Assembly (NCBI GenBank): GCA_029856365.1
Contig: JAHQWW010000052.1
Coordinates: 1-25,091, forward strand
Reading direction: 5' to 3'
DNA from: Candidatus Hodarchaeota archaeon
GTDB lineage: Archaea > Asgardarchaeota > Heimdallarchaeia > Hodarchaeales > Hodarchaeaceae
DNA: 25,091 nucleotides
Shown piece after piece: positions 1 to 8,548 of this stretch. Position numbers and translations under genes: made by a program. The notes beneath the pieces were generated by a model. The model saw only the letters and a program-made list of their open reading frames with translations. It had not been told where the DNA came from and made no database searches. Every line of letters starts with the position of its first letter. The stretch's first letter is position 1.

Positions 1-836
1 GATTGATTTTAGGTCTTTTTGATTTTATAAGTTCATTACTAGTCAGTAGCGATGTTCCAATCTGGTTACCTGGTTTTAATGATATTGGTCTCACCCTTGC
101 AAACTTAATTTTTACTGCAATTACCTGTTTGTGTGCTTACTACTTATTCCCTGAAGATCGTTTTCAGGGACCCATTCTAGCATTTCTGATGATGATTCCC
201 TTTGTCTGGAGTAGTGCTCCCTTAATGATACTATATGCTATTATAGGGTTTTATTTTCACCAATCTTCAATGAAATATAAGGATTATTTTGTCATTCTCT
301 TTTTTACATTAAGCGCCCTAAGTAAATACTTTGCTGGGGTCTTTTTAGTTGCGATATGGATTACTTATTTGTATGAAAAAGAATGGAAAAAGGTTATTGC
401 TGCACCAGGAATTCCGTTTTTTAGTCTTCTTGTCGTTTCTCTACCATTTAACATTATGTGGGTTCTTGAATCAACAGTTCTATTCTATAATTCAGCAAGA
501 CGTCATATTGAAGATGGTTCCCTAGGTGGGACAATTGTTGCTGAATTTGCAAAGATTTTTAACTTAATAGAGATAATTGGAATATTAACGTTAATTGGTC
601 TCATTTTAATCTTCATATTGGGAATTTTTATCAGGAAAAATACTGAATTACGGCTTGTTGTCATGTCATTACTATCATTACTCGTAATTAACAGTTTTGC
701 CCTTCCATTTCTTGCTATAGCTATATTTGGAGTGATATTATTTGACTATGTTATAATAACAAGCTCACAAAGGGAGAAATATACAATTAACAAGAAGCAC
801 TCTATTGAATCTATCCCTGAATTAGATCCTGTTTAA
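1..836 (+). CDS. Polytopic membrane protein, probably 5'-truncated by the window edge; possibly GT-C-fold glycosyltransferase-like
   Basis: The ORF frame starts at position 3, at the window edge. It has about 7-8 hydrophobic helices and an 'LSKYFAGVFL' lysine-after-helix pattern reminiscent of GT-C enzymes. It converges on a methyltransferase gene. The family call is weak. Confidence 0.55.
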   Translation, partial: LILGLFDFISSLLVSSDVPIWLPGFNDIGLTLANLIFTAITCLCAYYLFPEDRFQGPILAFLMMIPFVWSSAPLMILYAIIGFYFHQSSMKYKDYFVILFFTLSALSKYFAGVFLVAIWITYLYEKEWKKVIAAPGIPFFSLLVVSLPFNIMWVLESTVLFYNSARRHIEDGSLGGTIVAEFAKIFNLIEIIGILTLIGLILIFILGIFIRKNTELRLVVMSLLSLLVINSFALPFLAIAIFGVILFDYVIITSSQREKYTINKKHSIESIPELDPV

Positions 837-846
837 GTCCTAATTC

Positions 847-1590
847 TTACCTTCTTTGACATATTAAGGTTAAATTACTCAAATTTTCTGATTTGCTAAT
901 GTAAAGATCAGGGTCAAACCACAAATTCAAATCATACGCGTGACGATTCAATCTTCTATAGATTTTACTACGATGTAAAGAGGAAAGAATTGTGAGCCCT
1001 ATTTCAGAGAGAGACATCAGTAGTTTCTTGTAGCGTGTTTCCATTATAGCATTAATATTACTAAATAGAATTGGGGGATCTCTTCTTCCAGTAAATTTTT
1101 TTATTCGAAATTCATTCTTGTAAGTCATCTTTAATAAGTCGTATGGATCAAAACGGCGCAAATGTCCCGCCAGACTGTCGAAGTGAGTCCATAACTTTTG
1201 GTGAATTGGAGTGGAGAAAATAAAATGCCCTTTTTTCTTTAAGACTCGCTTAACATCCGAGAAGCTCTTTTGAACATTTGATACATGTTCAATCACTTCC
1301 AAAGCAACAACAACATCAAATGATTCATCTTTAAAAGGAATGTTCTCAATACTCCCAGTTGAAGAATTTGCCCCAATTCTTCTCAGATTGGCTGCAGCTG
1401 TTACCGTTAACTCGAGAAAGATAGTTTTTGAAATTGGTGATTTAGGCCAATTACCAGGCCCAATTTCTAGTATTCTTCCATTTCCTTTTAGAATTTTCCT
1501 TATAACAGTGTTTATTGGCCACATTTCAGGATTCCTGAGGGAATGTGCTGTCCAACTTTGTTCATAAAGATCTTTCTGTGTTTGATCCAT
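847..1590 (-). CDS. Class I SAM-dependent methyltransferase (Methyltransf_11-like)
   Basis: Motif I 'ILEIGPG', 'IPFKDESFDVVVALEVIEHV', 'RVLKKKGHFIFSTP' and 'D..AGHLRRF', as seen in envelope/glycan-locus methyltransferases. Confidence 0.88.
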   Translation of the reverse strand: MDQTQKDLYEQSWTAHSLRNPEMWPINTVIRKILKGNGRILEIGPGNWPKSPISKTIFLELTVTAAANLRRIGANSSTGSIENIPFKDESFDVVVALEVIEHVSNVQKSFSDVKRVLKKKGHFIFSTPIHQKLWTHFDSLAGHLRRFDPYDLLKMTYKNEFRIKKFTGRRDPPILFSNINAIMETRYKKLLMSLSEIGLTILSSLHRSKIYRRLNRHAYDLNLWFDPDLYISKSENLSNLTLICQRR

Positions 1591-1692
1591 ATTATTTCAT
1601 CAATAAATTTCTCTTAATTCACCAATACCCACGTTAAACAACTACAGAAAAAAATCTTTTTCATCAAGCACTCCGAATTATATGAATTAATT

Positions 1693-2844
1693 CTAGCTTT
1701 GTTTAAGAAGAAGGAGTAAATCACGAATAGGCAAATCAGAAATGCTAATTAATGCAGTTCTTCCAGCTGATTTTCCGTTCTGATGTCTATTTTGAACTTG
1801 TAACTCAATAAGCCCTTGCCTAGCTAGTTTTTGAAGGTAGTTCCAAAATTGGGTTTGTTTCCGTGGTTTTTCTCGAGATTTCTTGCATAATTCATTATAT
1901 TTATTCCGTAATTCATTGGTTGTAACATACGTACGGTTTTTCTTGTGATTAAGTAATATTGCAAGAGCAAAAAGGACTTTTTTTAATTGGGGAGCTAAAT
2001 CTGTAATGATGGATTGTTTTATAGGAAAGATACTAACTTGAGCTTTTCGGATATGTTCAAAATCAATGTATGGAGCGTCTTCTTGTTCCGCAGCTTTAGC
2101 TGAACGCCAGAGTAGCTCGATGGAGTACCGTGTATCTCCACTTTTACACGCAAGAGAGGCAATTGCTTTAAGAATATCGTCAGAGTATGTTCTTTCATAT
2201 GATCCTTGTCGAGCTCGAAGTGACAGAATATCAAACAACTGATTGGTATTATACGGTTCAAAAACAATAATACGTTGTGACAATGAAGACCGGAGCGCAG
2301 GATCTAAAAAATTTTGAAAATGAGGATTCCGTGTTACTAAAATCAGAGAAATCTGAGCCTGTCCACACCGATTAATTTCTTCGTAGTGACGAATTAAAGA
2401 ATAGAGCACATCTTGTCTCTTCGATTCGGTTAGAAGATAATCAATCTCATCTAAACAAATTAATAACCCTTGATTTCTTTCTTTAACGATTCTAACTAAA
2501 TATGTAAGTAATTCATCAACACAAAATCCCCGAATGGGAAAAGCGGGGACTAAGTGCTGTAGAATTGACGTTAATATTAAATACCAAGATCTTTGACGAC
2601 GACAATTCATATGAAAAAAAGAAATAGTTGCTACATTGGCCTCAGACTTAGCATGACAATAGTTTTCAAGAGTAAGGCCGAATTGTTTTACTACAACGGT
2701 TTTTCCTGATCCCACAGCCCCTTGAATTATCACCTGTTTCCCAGAGATCATACTATTCTTGGATATAATTGATTTGAAATGATTAGCTAAAAGAGTTAAT
2801 TCATTCTCTCTATGTACCAGATATTCTGGAATGACGGGGGTCAC
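1693..2844 (-). CDS. cdc6: Orc1/Cdc6 family replication initiation AAA+ ATPase, apparently missing its native N-terminus
   Basis: '[12 protein letters not shown]' N-terminal motif, Walker A 'GAVGSGKT', Walker B 'LDEID', sensor-2 '[10 protein letters not shown]' and a C-terminal winged helix ending '...GKSAGRT'. The GTG start lies inside radA-derived sequence, with an in-frame stop two codons upstream. Confidence 0.9.
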   Translation of the reverse strand: MTPVIPEYLVHRENELTLLANHFKSIISKNSMISGKQVIIQGAVGSGKTVVVKQFGLTLENYCHAKSEANVATISFFHMNCRRQRSWYLILTSILQHLVPAFPIRGFCVDELLTYLVRIVKERNQGLLICLDEIDYLLTESKRQDVLYSLIRHYEEINRCGQAQISLILVTRNPHFQNFLDPALRSSLSQRIIVFEPYNTNQLFDILSLRARQGSYERTYSDDILKAIASLACKSGDTRYSIELLWRSAKAAEQEDAPYIDFEHIRKAQVSIFPIKQSIITDLAPQLKKVLFALAILLNHKKNRTYVTTNELRNKYNELCKKSREKPRKQTQFWNYLQKLARQGLIELQVQNRHQNGKSAGRTALISISDLPIRDLLLLLKQS

Positions 2845-2991
2845 ATTTTAGCTCATGTGTCTCACACTCGTATTTATCTACGTAAATCAAAAGGAGAGCG
2901 ACGTATCGCCCGAATCGTTGATAGTCCACTTCTTCCTGAAAGTGAATCGGTTTTAGCAATAACAGAAGAAGGAATTATGGATGTTAGTTGA
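2836..2991 (+). pseudogene. radA: Orphan 3' fragment (last 51 codons) of RadA/Rad51-family recombinase
   Basis: Hand translation gives [51 protein letters not shown], matching the conserved RadA C-terminus (GGHILAH..TR.YLRK....RIAR.VDSP.LPE.E....ITE.GI.D). It is absent from the ORF track. The upstream sequence is antisense cdc6, not radA. Confidence 0.93.
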
Positions 2992-3121
2992 GGTTTTAAG
3001 ACCAAATGCCTTTAATTTATGTTTACTCTCAGTTTTTAGTGAGAAGTTCTAACTACCCTAAACAAAGGAAATATACAAAAGCTAAAAAGGGGGGATATGT
3101 TTTATATTTCAAAATTCAATA

Positions 3122-3856
3122 ATGGAGATTCTACAAATGGAAGAACCAACAAAAACAAAAGAAGAGATACCTAAAACAAAAAAAGACTATATTATAGTAA
3201 GAGCTTATCCTGAAACATTATTCTTCTACCCTAGCATGATTGTGGCCTTTATTATCTTTCTGTTAGAACTTCTAGTACTTCCTGGTATAGAGTCAGCAGA
3301 TCCAGTACAAGCAGAAGTTTTAAGAAGTGGTCTTGGAACATTTTTCTTCGCAGTATTTGCTTTTAATTTTATCATTGTTGCATTTGATTTCGGTCTGGGA
3401 AAAACAGCATTAATTGCTTTTGGTGTCATAATATTAGTACTTGTCTATTTACTTTTAAAAGATCAAATCCCTGGCCTCGATTTGGGATTGGAGTGGCCAG
3501 CCATAACTGCTTCCATGGAATTCTATTTCTTCTTTGCAGCATTGGTTTTCATACATCTCATCTTTATTTACATTTATAGTCGGATCGACTATTGGTTGAT
3601 TTCACCGACTGAAATTTATCACCACCGTGGGATTCTAGGAGACGAACGACGTTTTGGTAATGCCCAACATGCACACATTGAAAAAACGACCCCAGACATC
3701 TTCGAAAAAATGCTTTTTCTAAGTGGAGATCTATTTATTAAACCCGAAACAGATCCACATATTTATCGGATCCCCAATGTATTTAGGGTAAATAAAAAAG
3801 AAAAAGAAATTAGGAACATTCTGTCCTATGTCCCAGACAAGCGATTAGAAATTTAA
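3122..3856 (+). CDS. Membrane protein (about 4 TM) with a C-terminal bacterial PH-like (bPH_2-like) soluble domain
   Basis: Four hydrophobic segments followed by 'YWLISPTEIYHHRGILGDERRF...IFEKMLFLSGDLFI...IPNV', which follows the bPH pattern (Y.IT...I....G.L...... L.G.G.L.I). The true start may be the second ATG (3137), preceded by GGAG. Confidence 0.6.
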   Translation: MEILQMEEPTKTKEEIPKTKKDYIIVRAYPETLFFYPSMIVAFIIFLLELLVLPGIESADPVQAEVLRSGLGTFFFAVFAFNFIIVAFDFGLGKTALIAFGVIILVLVYLLLKDQIPGLDLGLEWPAITASMEFYFFFAALVFIHLIFIYIYSRIDYWLISPTEIYHHRGILGDERRFGNAQHAHIEKTTPDIFEKMLFLSGDLFIKPETDPHIYRIPNVFRVNKKEKEIRNILSYVPDKRLEI

Positions 3857-3900
3857 TAATCCCCCTCTCCCATTCTTTTTTTATCAATTCATTCTTTTTA

Positions 3901-5112
3901 TTATTTGAGATCCTTATGAATAACTGTCCCAGGGGGAATTACTTTATCAGAATCGACTATAATACCAGGTAACATGACAGTATTTGATCCAATGATGGAA
4001 TGTGGCCCAATAATTGCACCTAATTTATGGTACACTCTTCCTTTAATCGTTTTCGTCATTTTCCGTGATTGAGCATCCTCTAATACATTCATGGTCGTGA
4101 CTCCCGAGCCCAGACTGGCATTTTCTCCAATAACGCTATCACCAACGAATGAGAGGCGCCCAATCTTTGTTCCTTGTTGAATTACCGAATTTTTTACCTC
4201 AACAGAATAACCGATTTTGCAATTTCGTTCAATGCAAGAATAGGCTCTAATGAGGCTGTTTGTGCCAATGTAACAGTTTTTACCAACAAAGCAAGGGCCA
4301 ACAATTTCAGCGTTATGATCTATAACTACATTTTCCTCAATTAATGTAAGACCTGAAATATGTGCTGATGGCGATATCTTTGCTGTTTTATGGATACGTG
4401 AGTATTCGAGAGGTTTAAACGCGTCTTTGTTAGCTGCTAGCAAATCCCAGGGATAGCCAACATCCACCCACTCATCTTGCCAAACTGATGCACAAATTCG
4501 ACGCTGTTCCTTCAGTAATCTTGCTAAAGCGGTAGTAAGTTTGTACTCCTCCCTAAGAATCTCAAAGAATTCTCCTGGCAGGATGGAGGCTCCAGCAAAG
4601 ATGTAGTTAGCATTGTTCTCTTCAGAAGGAGTTTCTGGTAAAATTTTTTTGATAAAACCTCTGTCATCAATTGCAGCTATCCCAAACTCTGCAGATTTTC
4701 CAACTAATGTCACAGCAATGGCTCCATCTGCCGCTGTATTGATAAAAGAATTCATCAAATGCTGATAAAACATTGGAGGAGCAAAAATATCTCCATAAGC
4801 TAATAAAAATGGTTCTTTGTCAGAAAATTGCTCACTGGCGGAGGTAATAGCACCTTCAATTCCTTTTCGATCTCCTTGATCTATAATTTGAATGGAAAAG
4901 CCCTGCTGCCGATATTTCTCTGCAATTGGCTTGATTTTATCTCCTAAATACCCCGCAACAACTATAAATTCTTCAAGATTAGTTTCTATAAGCCCAGCTA
5001 ACACATATTCCAGAAGATGTCTTCCATGCAGGGTCAACATGGTTTTTGGGTAATATTTCGATAAGGGAAGCATTTCCTTCCCAAATCCCCCAGTTAACAC
5101 CAATCCTTTCAT
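3901..5112 (-). CDS. Sugar-1-phosphate nucleotidyltransferase with C-terminal left-handed beta-helix (archaeal GlmU-like), with a degenerate active-site signature
   Basis: N-terminal 'LVLTGGFGKEMLPLSKYYPKTML', 'FLLAYGD' and 'WVDVGYPWDLLAAN', then hexapeptide repeats 'SVEVKNSVI...LSFVGDSVIGEN' and 'KLGAIIG'. Confidence 0.85.
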   Translation of the reverse strand: MKGLVLTGGFGKEMLPLSKYYPKTMLTLHGRHLLEYVLAGLIETNLEEFIVVAGYLGDKIKPIAEKYRQQGFSIQIIDQGDRKGIEGAITSASEQFSDKEPFLLAYGDIFAPPMFYQHLMNSFINTAADGAIAVTLVGKSAEFGIAAIDDRGFIKKILPETPSEENNANYIFAGASILPGEFFEILREEYKLTTALARLLKEQRRICASVWQDEWVDVGYPWDLLAANKDAFKPLEYSRIHKTAKISPSAHISGLTLIEENVVIDHNAEIVGPCFVGKNCYIGTNSLIRAYSCIERNCKIGYSVEVKNSVIQQGTKIGRLSFVGDSVIGENASLGSGVTTMNVLEDAQSRKMTKTIKGRVYHKLGAIIGPHSIIGSNTVMLPGIIVDSDKVIPPGTVIHKDLK

Positions 5113-5122
5113 TTTTATCTGT

Positions 5123-5129
5123 TCACCCC
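5123..5129 (-). promoter_or_regulatory. Shine-Dalgarno GGGGTGA for the nucleotidyltransferase gene
   Basis: The minus strand reads AGGGGTGAACAGATAAAA-ATG, an archaeal-type GGTGA SD 10 nt from the start codon. Confidence 0.6.
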
Positions 5130-5402
5130 TTCAAGTATTAATCATATAGCAACAATAGTCGAAAAGTCATTTATTTAATATCTACTTCAACTTTATTCAG
5201 TAATTCTAGGAAGAATGGAACCAGAATAACTGTGAACTGTTAAATGATGATGAAAATAGCTCCATTAACGGCAATTAATGTATTTTCCTCTGATTATCCA
5301 TTGAAAGACATGAGAAGACTGAAATTGACCATTAAAAAAGCCCTTTTTAAATCCTTTTTCAAATTTCTCTCTGAATGACCCTGAACGACGTGAAACAAGT
5401 AA

Positions 5403-7058
5403 ATGCCAAATAATATTAAGAGAACTCCCCCATACTGGATAGACAAGCTGACCACGGATTTAATTTCGAATTGGCCAGAGATACGGGACTTTAACTGCAA
5501 TTGCGGCATTTCAGTTTCAGGTCAGCAACATGTCGGGCGACTTCGTGGGGAGATCGTACTTACTAATGCAGTCGTAAATGAATTAAAGAGGCGGGGTTAT
5601 GATGCAACACATTCTCTAATTCTATATACTGCTGATCCTTGGAAAGGAAGAAAATCCCAATTAAACTGCTTTTCGAATCCAATTGAAGCAAGAAAATACA
5701 TTGATTGGCGATTAATCGATGTTCCAGACCCAAGCAATCAACATCTTTCATGGGTCGATTACTTTTGGAAAGCTTTTGGGGATCCACTTCCTAGGTTTGG
5801 TAGAAATATTGAAATTATTCGTACTCATGAATTTTATCAAACAGAGGCAATGAAAAGAACTATAATCAAATTAATTGAAAAGAAAGAACAAGTACGGAAT
5901 ATTCTTAATAAATACCGGCAAGAAAACCCATTTCCTGAAGATTGGATTCCCTTCAATCCATTGTGTAATCACTGTAATCGAATTGGAACAACCAAAGCAT
6001 TAGAAGTTAACCTAGATGAATTTCGTGTCCATTATTATTGTAATACATGTCAGAAAGATGATTGGTCTGATATGAAACAAGGAAAACTAACTTGGCGCCT
6101 CGAATGGCTAGCAATTTGGTATACTCTCAATATTCATTTTGAACCCTATGGAAAAGATCATGCCACGCCAGGAGGATCACGTGATAGTTGTATTGAAGTA
6201 CTTGAGACTGTACTCCAACACCCTGGACCATATGGATTCTGGAATGAATGGGTTGGATATTCAGAAGGACGAACTGACCTCGGGGATATGACTAGTTCAG
6301 GATTCATTGGATTCACTCCCAAAAAATGGCTTAAATACGCGGAACCAGAAGTATTGAAGTATATTTATCTGAAAACTCCTCCAAAAAGACGGATCGTCTT
6401 AGGGTTGGACAAAATTCCGAGTTATGTAACTGAATATGATAAAGCTCAACGAATTTATTTTGAATTAGAACCATTTGATGATAATGCAGAACTACAAGCC
6501 ATTAGAAGAAGTTATGAAATTGTTTTCTACAATGACATCCCAAAATATCGTGGGTTCCAACTAGACTTTTCTCATGCAATAATTCTATCTCAACTAGTTT
6601 CTGCATCACAAGAAGGAACAAAACAGGCAATTCAAAAGCTGCAAGCCACGGAGATTTTATCAATTACTCCTACAAAAGAAATAGAAGAACACATTCATAA
6701 CAGGCTGACTCAAGCTCGGGGTTGGGTTTTTGATTATGGACCCTCGCATCTTCGAATAAACATCCCCGATAACGTCTCACAAACCCTTATTGATCAAATT
6801 GATAAGAAAATGAGTAGTAATGTCCAAGATCTGACCGAAGAACTGGCCTTAACGAAATGGACTCCTGAGGAAATCAAGCGAAAGATGATTGCTTTTCGAG
6901 AAAAAGTCGATTTGTCACGTAAAGAAATGACACAACTCTTTCAGGTGCTTTATCAGATATTGCTAGGGAGTACGCAAGGACCACGTTTTGCTCCATTTAT
7001 AGCTGCACTCGATAAAGAATGGGTGATAGCACGATTAAACGAAATTAAAAAACATTGA
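5403..7058 (+). CDS. lysS: Lysine--tRNA ligase, class I
   Basis: HIGH-like 'SVSGQQHVGRLRGE', two CxxC motifs (CNHC, CNTC), 'GKLTWRLEW', 'FEPYGKDHATPGGS', KMSKS-like 'DMTSSG', and C-terminal 'LYQILLGSTQGPRF' anticodon-binding domain. Confidence 0.96.
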   Translation: MPNNIKRTPPYWIDKLTTDLISNWPEIRDFNCNCGISVSGQQHVGRLRGEIVLTNAVVNELKRRGYDATHSLILYTADPWKGRKSQLNCFSNPIEARKYIDWRLIDVPDPSNQHLSWVDYFWKAFGDPLPRFGRNIEIIRTHEFYQTEAMKRTIIKLIEKKEQVRNILNKYRQENPFPEDWIPFNPLCNHCNRIGTTKALEVNLDEFRVHYYCNTCQKDDWSDMKQGKLTWRLEWLAIWYTLNIHFEPYGKDHATPGGSRDSCIEVLETVLQHPGPYGFWNEWVGYSEGRTDLGDMTSSGFIGFTPKKWLKYAEPEVLKYIYLKTPPKRRIVLGLDKIPSYVTEYDKAQRIYFELEPFDDNAELQAIRRSYEIVFYNDIPKYRGFQLDFSHAIILSQLVSASQEGTKQAIQKLQATEILSITPTKEIEEHIHNRLTQARGWVFDYGPSHLRINIPDNVSQTLIDQIDKKMSSNVQDLTEELALTKWTPEEIKRKMIAFREKVDLSRKEMTQLFQVLYQILLGSTQGPRFAPFIAALDKEWVIARLNEIKKH

Positions 7059-7071
7059 TTGGAGAACTTTT

Positions 7072-7617
7072 ATGAAATCTAATACTGAAGATCCTAATAC
7101 GCCTTCGAATCTTTCAGAAGCTAATTCTCCATGGAATATTGTACTTGCTGTCGTGTTAGCACCCTTGAGCTGCTACATTATTGTGTTTTGCTTTACTAGT
7201 TTAGCAGAATTCATTCACAATGTAGATATCAACCTAATAGATGGATTTCCCTTTATAGATCTTTATGTTAAATCGCAAACTCCTATTATTTGGCCGCCAG
7301 CACTATACCTTGGAGGAATAATAGGAGGAATAATAGGAGGATTAGTAGTATATTGGGAAATAAAAATAAAAATGAGTAAGAATAACCCCTTGAGACCAGT
7401 TAAGCTCTTCTCTACCGACATTTTTTATCTAGGGTTGTTAATAATATTAACTTATATATTAGAATTACTTTCGGAGAGTATAATTCTCCAAGGTCTCCTA
7501 TTCATCCTTGAGATTGCTTTCTTCACTTTTATCGGCCGATATATTAGCAGACTGACTGTGAGTACCTCAGAAACGCCAGAAGATCCTAGCATTCTCGATA
7601 AAGATTCAGAGCTCTAG
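7072..7617 (+). CDS. Hypothetical membrane protein (about 4 TM) with a glycine-zipper helix
   Basis: Starts 13 nt after the lysS stop with a GGAG SD. It has four hydrophobic segments, including 'GGIIGGIIGGLV'. Confidence 0.75.
   Translation: MKSNTEDPNTPSNLSEANSPWNIVLAVVLAPLSCYIIVFCFTSLAEFIHNVDINLIDGFPFIDLYVKSQTPIIWPPALYLGGIIGGIIGGLVVYWEIKIKMSKNNPLRPVKLFSTDIFYLGLLIILTYILELLSESIILQGLLFILEIAFFTFIGRYISRLTVSTSETPEDPSILDKDSEL
7312..7341 (+). repeat. 12-bp tandem repeat (GGAGGAATAATA x2.5) encoding GGII-GGII-GG
   Basis: Exact copies at 7312-7323 and 7324-7335, plus a partial copy at 7336-7341. Confidence 0.8.
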
Positions 7618-7822
7618 AATACTACAAGAGTACCAGATATTTCAATATTACAACCAAACATTTTTTTAGAAGTGAGTTGTAATACATAGGATCAAAGGTA
7701 GTATACTTCTAGCTTCGAATTCCATTTAAGACAAAGTTGGCATTCAAAATAAATCCTCGGTATGGATCAAATTGCAATTTAGAACCTTTGGTTGGATAGC
7801 TCGGCAAAATCCACACATCCGT

Positions 7823-8176
7823 ATGACAAAAGATAAGATGGAAGACAATAAAAGATTCACTTTTCCTGAGCTGTCAGATAAAAAGATTCAAGTAGCAGTT
7901 ACGGATCGAAAGTCTTGGTTTAAAAAAGGTGAATTATGGCCAACAATAATCCTTGTTGAAAAGGGATGGGATAAAACTGGCACTATAAAGAAAGAGGATG
8001 CTTATATTCGAATATTTCGACATGAAGATGGCGCTATTCTTGATATATTGGTTGGTGAGAGTCTCGATGATGGAACCCTTCTCGCAGTCGACTATAATGT
8101 GCCCTTATTTAGTGTGACTTGCTCACGAAAAGGAACTCGAGGTACAGTGCAACGCATTCACTTAGATATCATTTGA
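7823..8176 (+). CDS. Hypothetical small soluble, beta-rich protein
   Basis: Sole long ORF in this gap, with protein-like composition. The start is uncertain (TTG 7772, ATG 7823 or ATG 7838). No family recognised. Confidence 0.65.
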   Translation: MTKDKMEDNKRFTFPELSDKKIQVAVTDRKSWFKKGELWPTIILVEKGWDKTGTIKKEDAYIRIFRHEDGAILDILVGESLDDGTLLAVDYNVPLFSVTCSRKGTRGTVQRIHLDII

Positions 8177-8256
8177 TATTCTCTGTTTTCTTTATAATAA
8201 GACTCCCTGATTTGGTATTTGGCTTTTCGAGAGCATTAGTATAAGAAACCTAAACC

Positions 8257-8508
8257 TCACTCTTCTGAAGGAGTATCTTTATGGAGAAGAGTAGTGAACT
8301 TGGTAATGGTAGACATATTTCGTACTCTTCCCTCAGCATCAATATAGAGTAATCGAGCATGTGGTTGTTCATCATCGATTCCATGTAAATCAAGAAATAG
8401 ATCCAAACCCGTCACATCAGGTTGAAGACGGTTCGCTGGAATACCGAGCGCTAAAGTCTTTTTACAGATAGAACAGGGTTCAGTTCGAAGTCTGATAAGG
8501 CTAGACAA
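8257..8508 (-). CDS. Small putative Zn-binding protein (CxxC...H...H), resembling a domain common in Asgard archaea
   Basis: 'CSIC', then 'DLHG', then 'PHARLLYIDAEGRVR'. The TTG start is preceded by GAGG, 40 nt downstream of the 996-aa gene on the same strand. Confidence 0.75.
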   Translation of the reverse strand: MSSLIRLRTEPCSICKKTLALGIPANRLQPDVTGLDLFLDLHGIDDEQPHARLLYIDAEGRVRNMSTITKFTTLLHKDTPSEE

Positions 8509-8548
8509 CTTTAAAACCTCAATCTATAGTTTCAGCAACAAATTCAAG

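Noticed and set aside
2812-2991. 59-aa ORF from ATG 2812 as a functional mini-RadA
   Set aside because: The first 8 codons are antisense cdc6 sequence and the ORF lacks the Walker motifs. It is better explained as a fragment.
2992-3121. Possible replication origin (ORB) near cdc6; G-string AAAAAGGGGGG around 3084-3094
   Set aside because: There is no TCCA...GAAAC ORB core or repeated boxes, and this DNA belongs to the radA side of the junction rather than the native cdc6 upstream region.
5294-5787. Short minus-strand ORFs 5294-5509 and 5563-5787
   Set aside because: They overlap lysS on the antisense strand and have no protein-like features.
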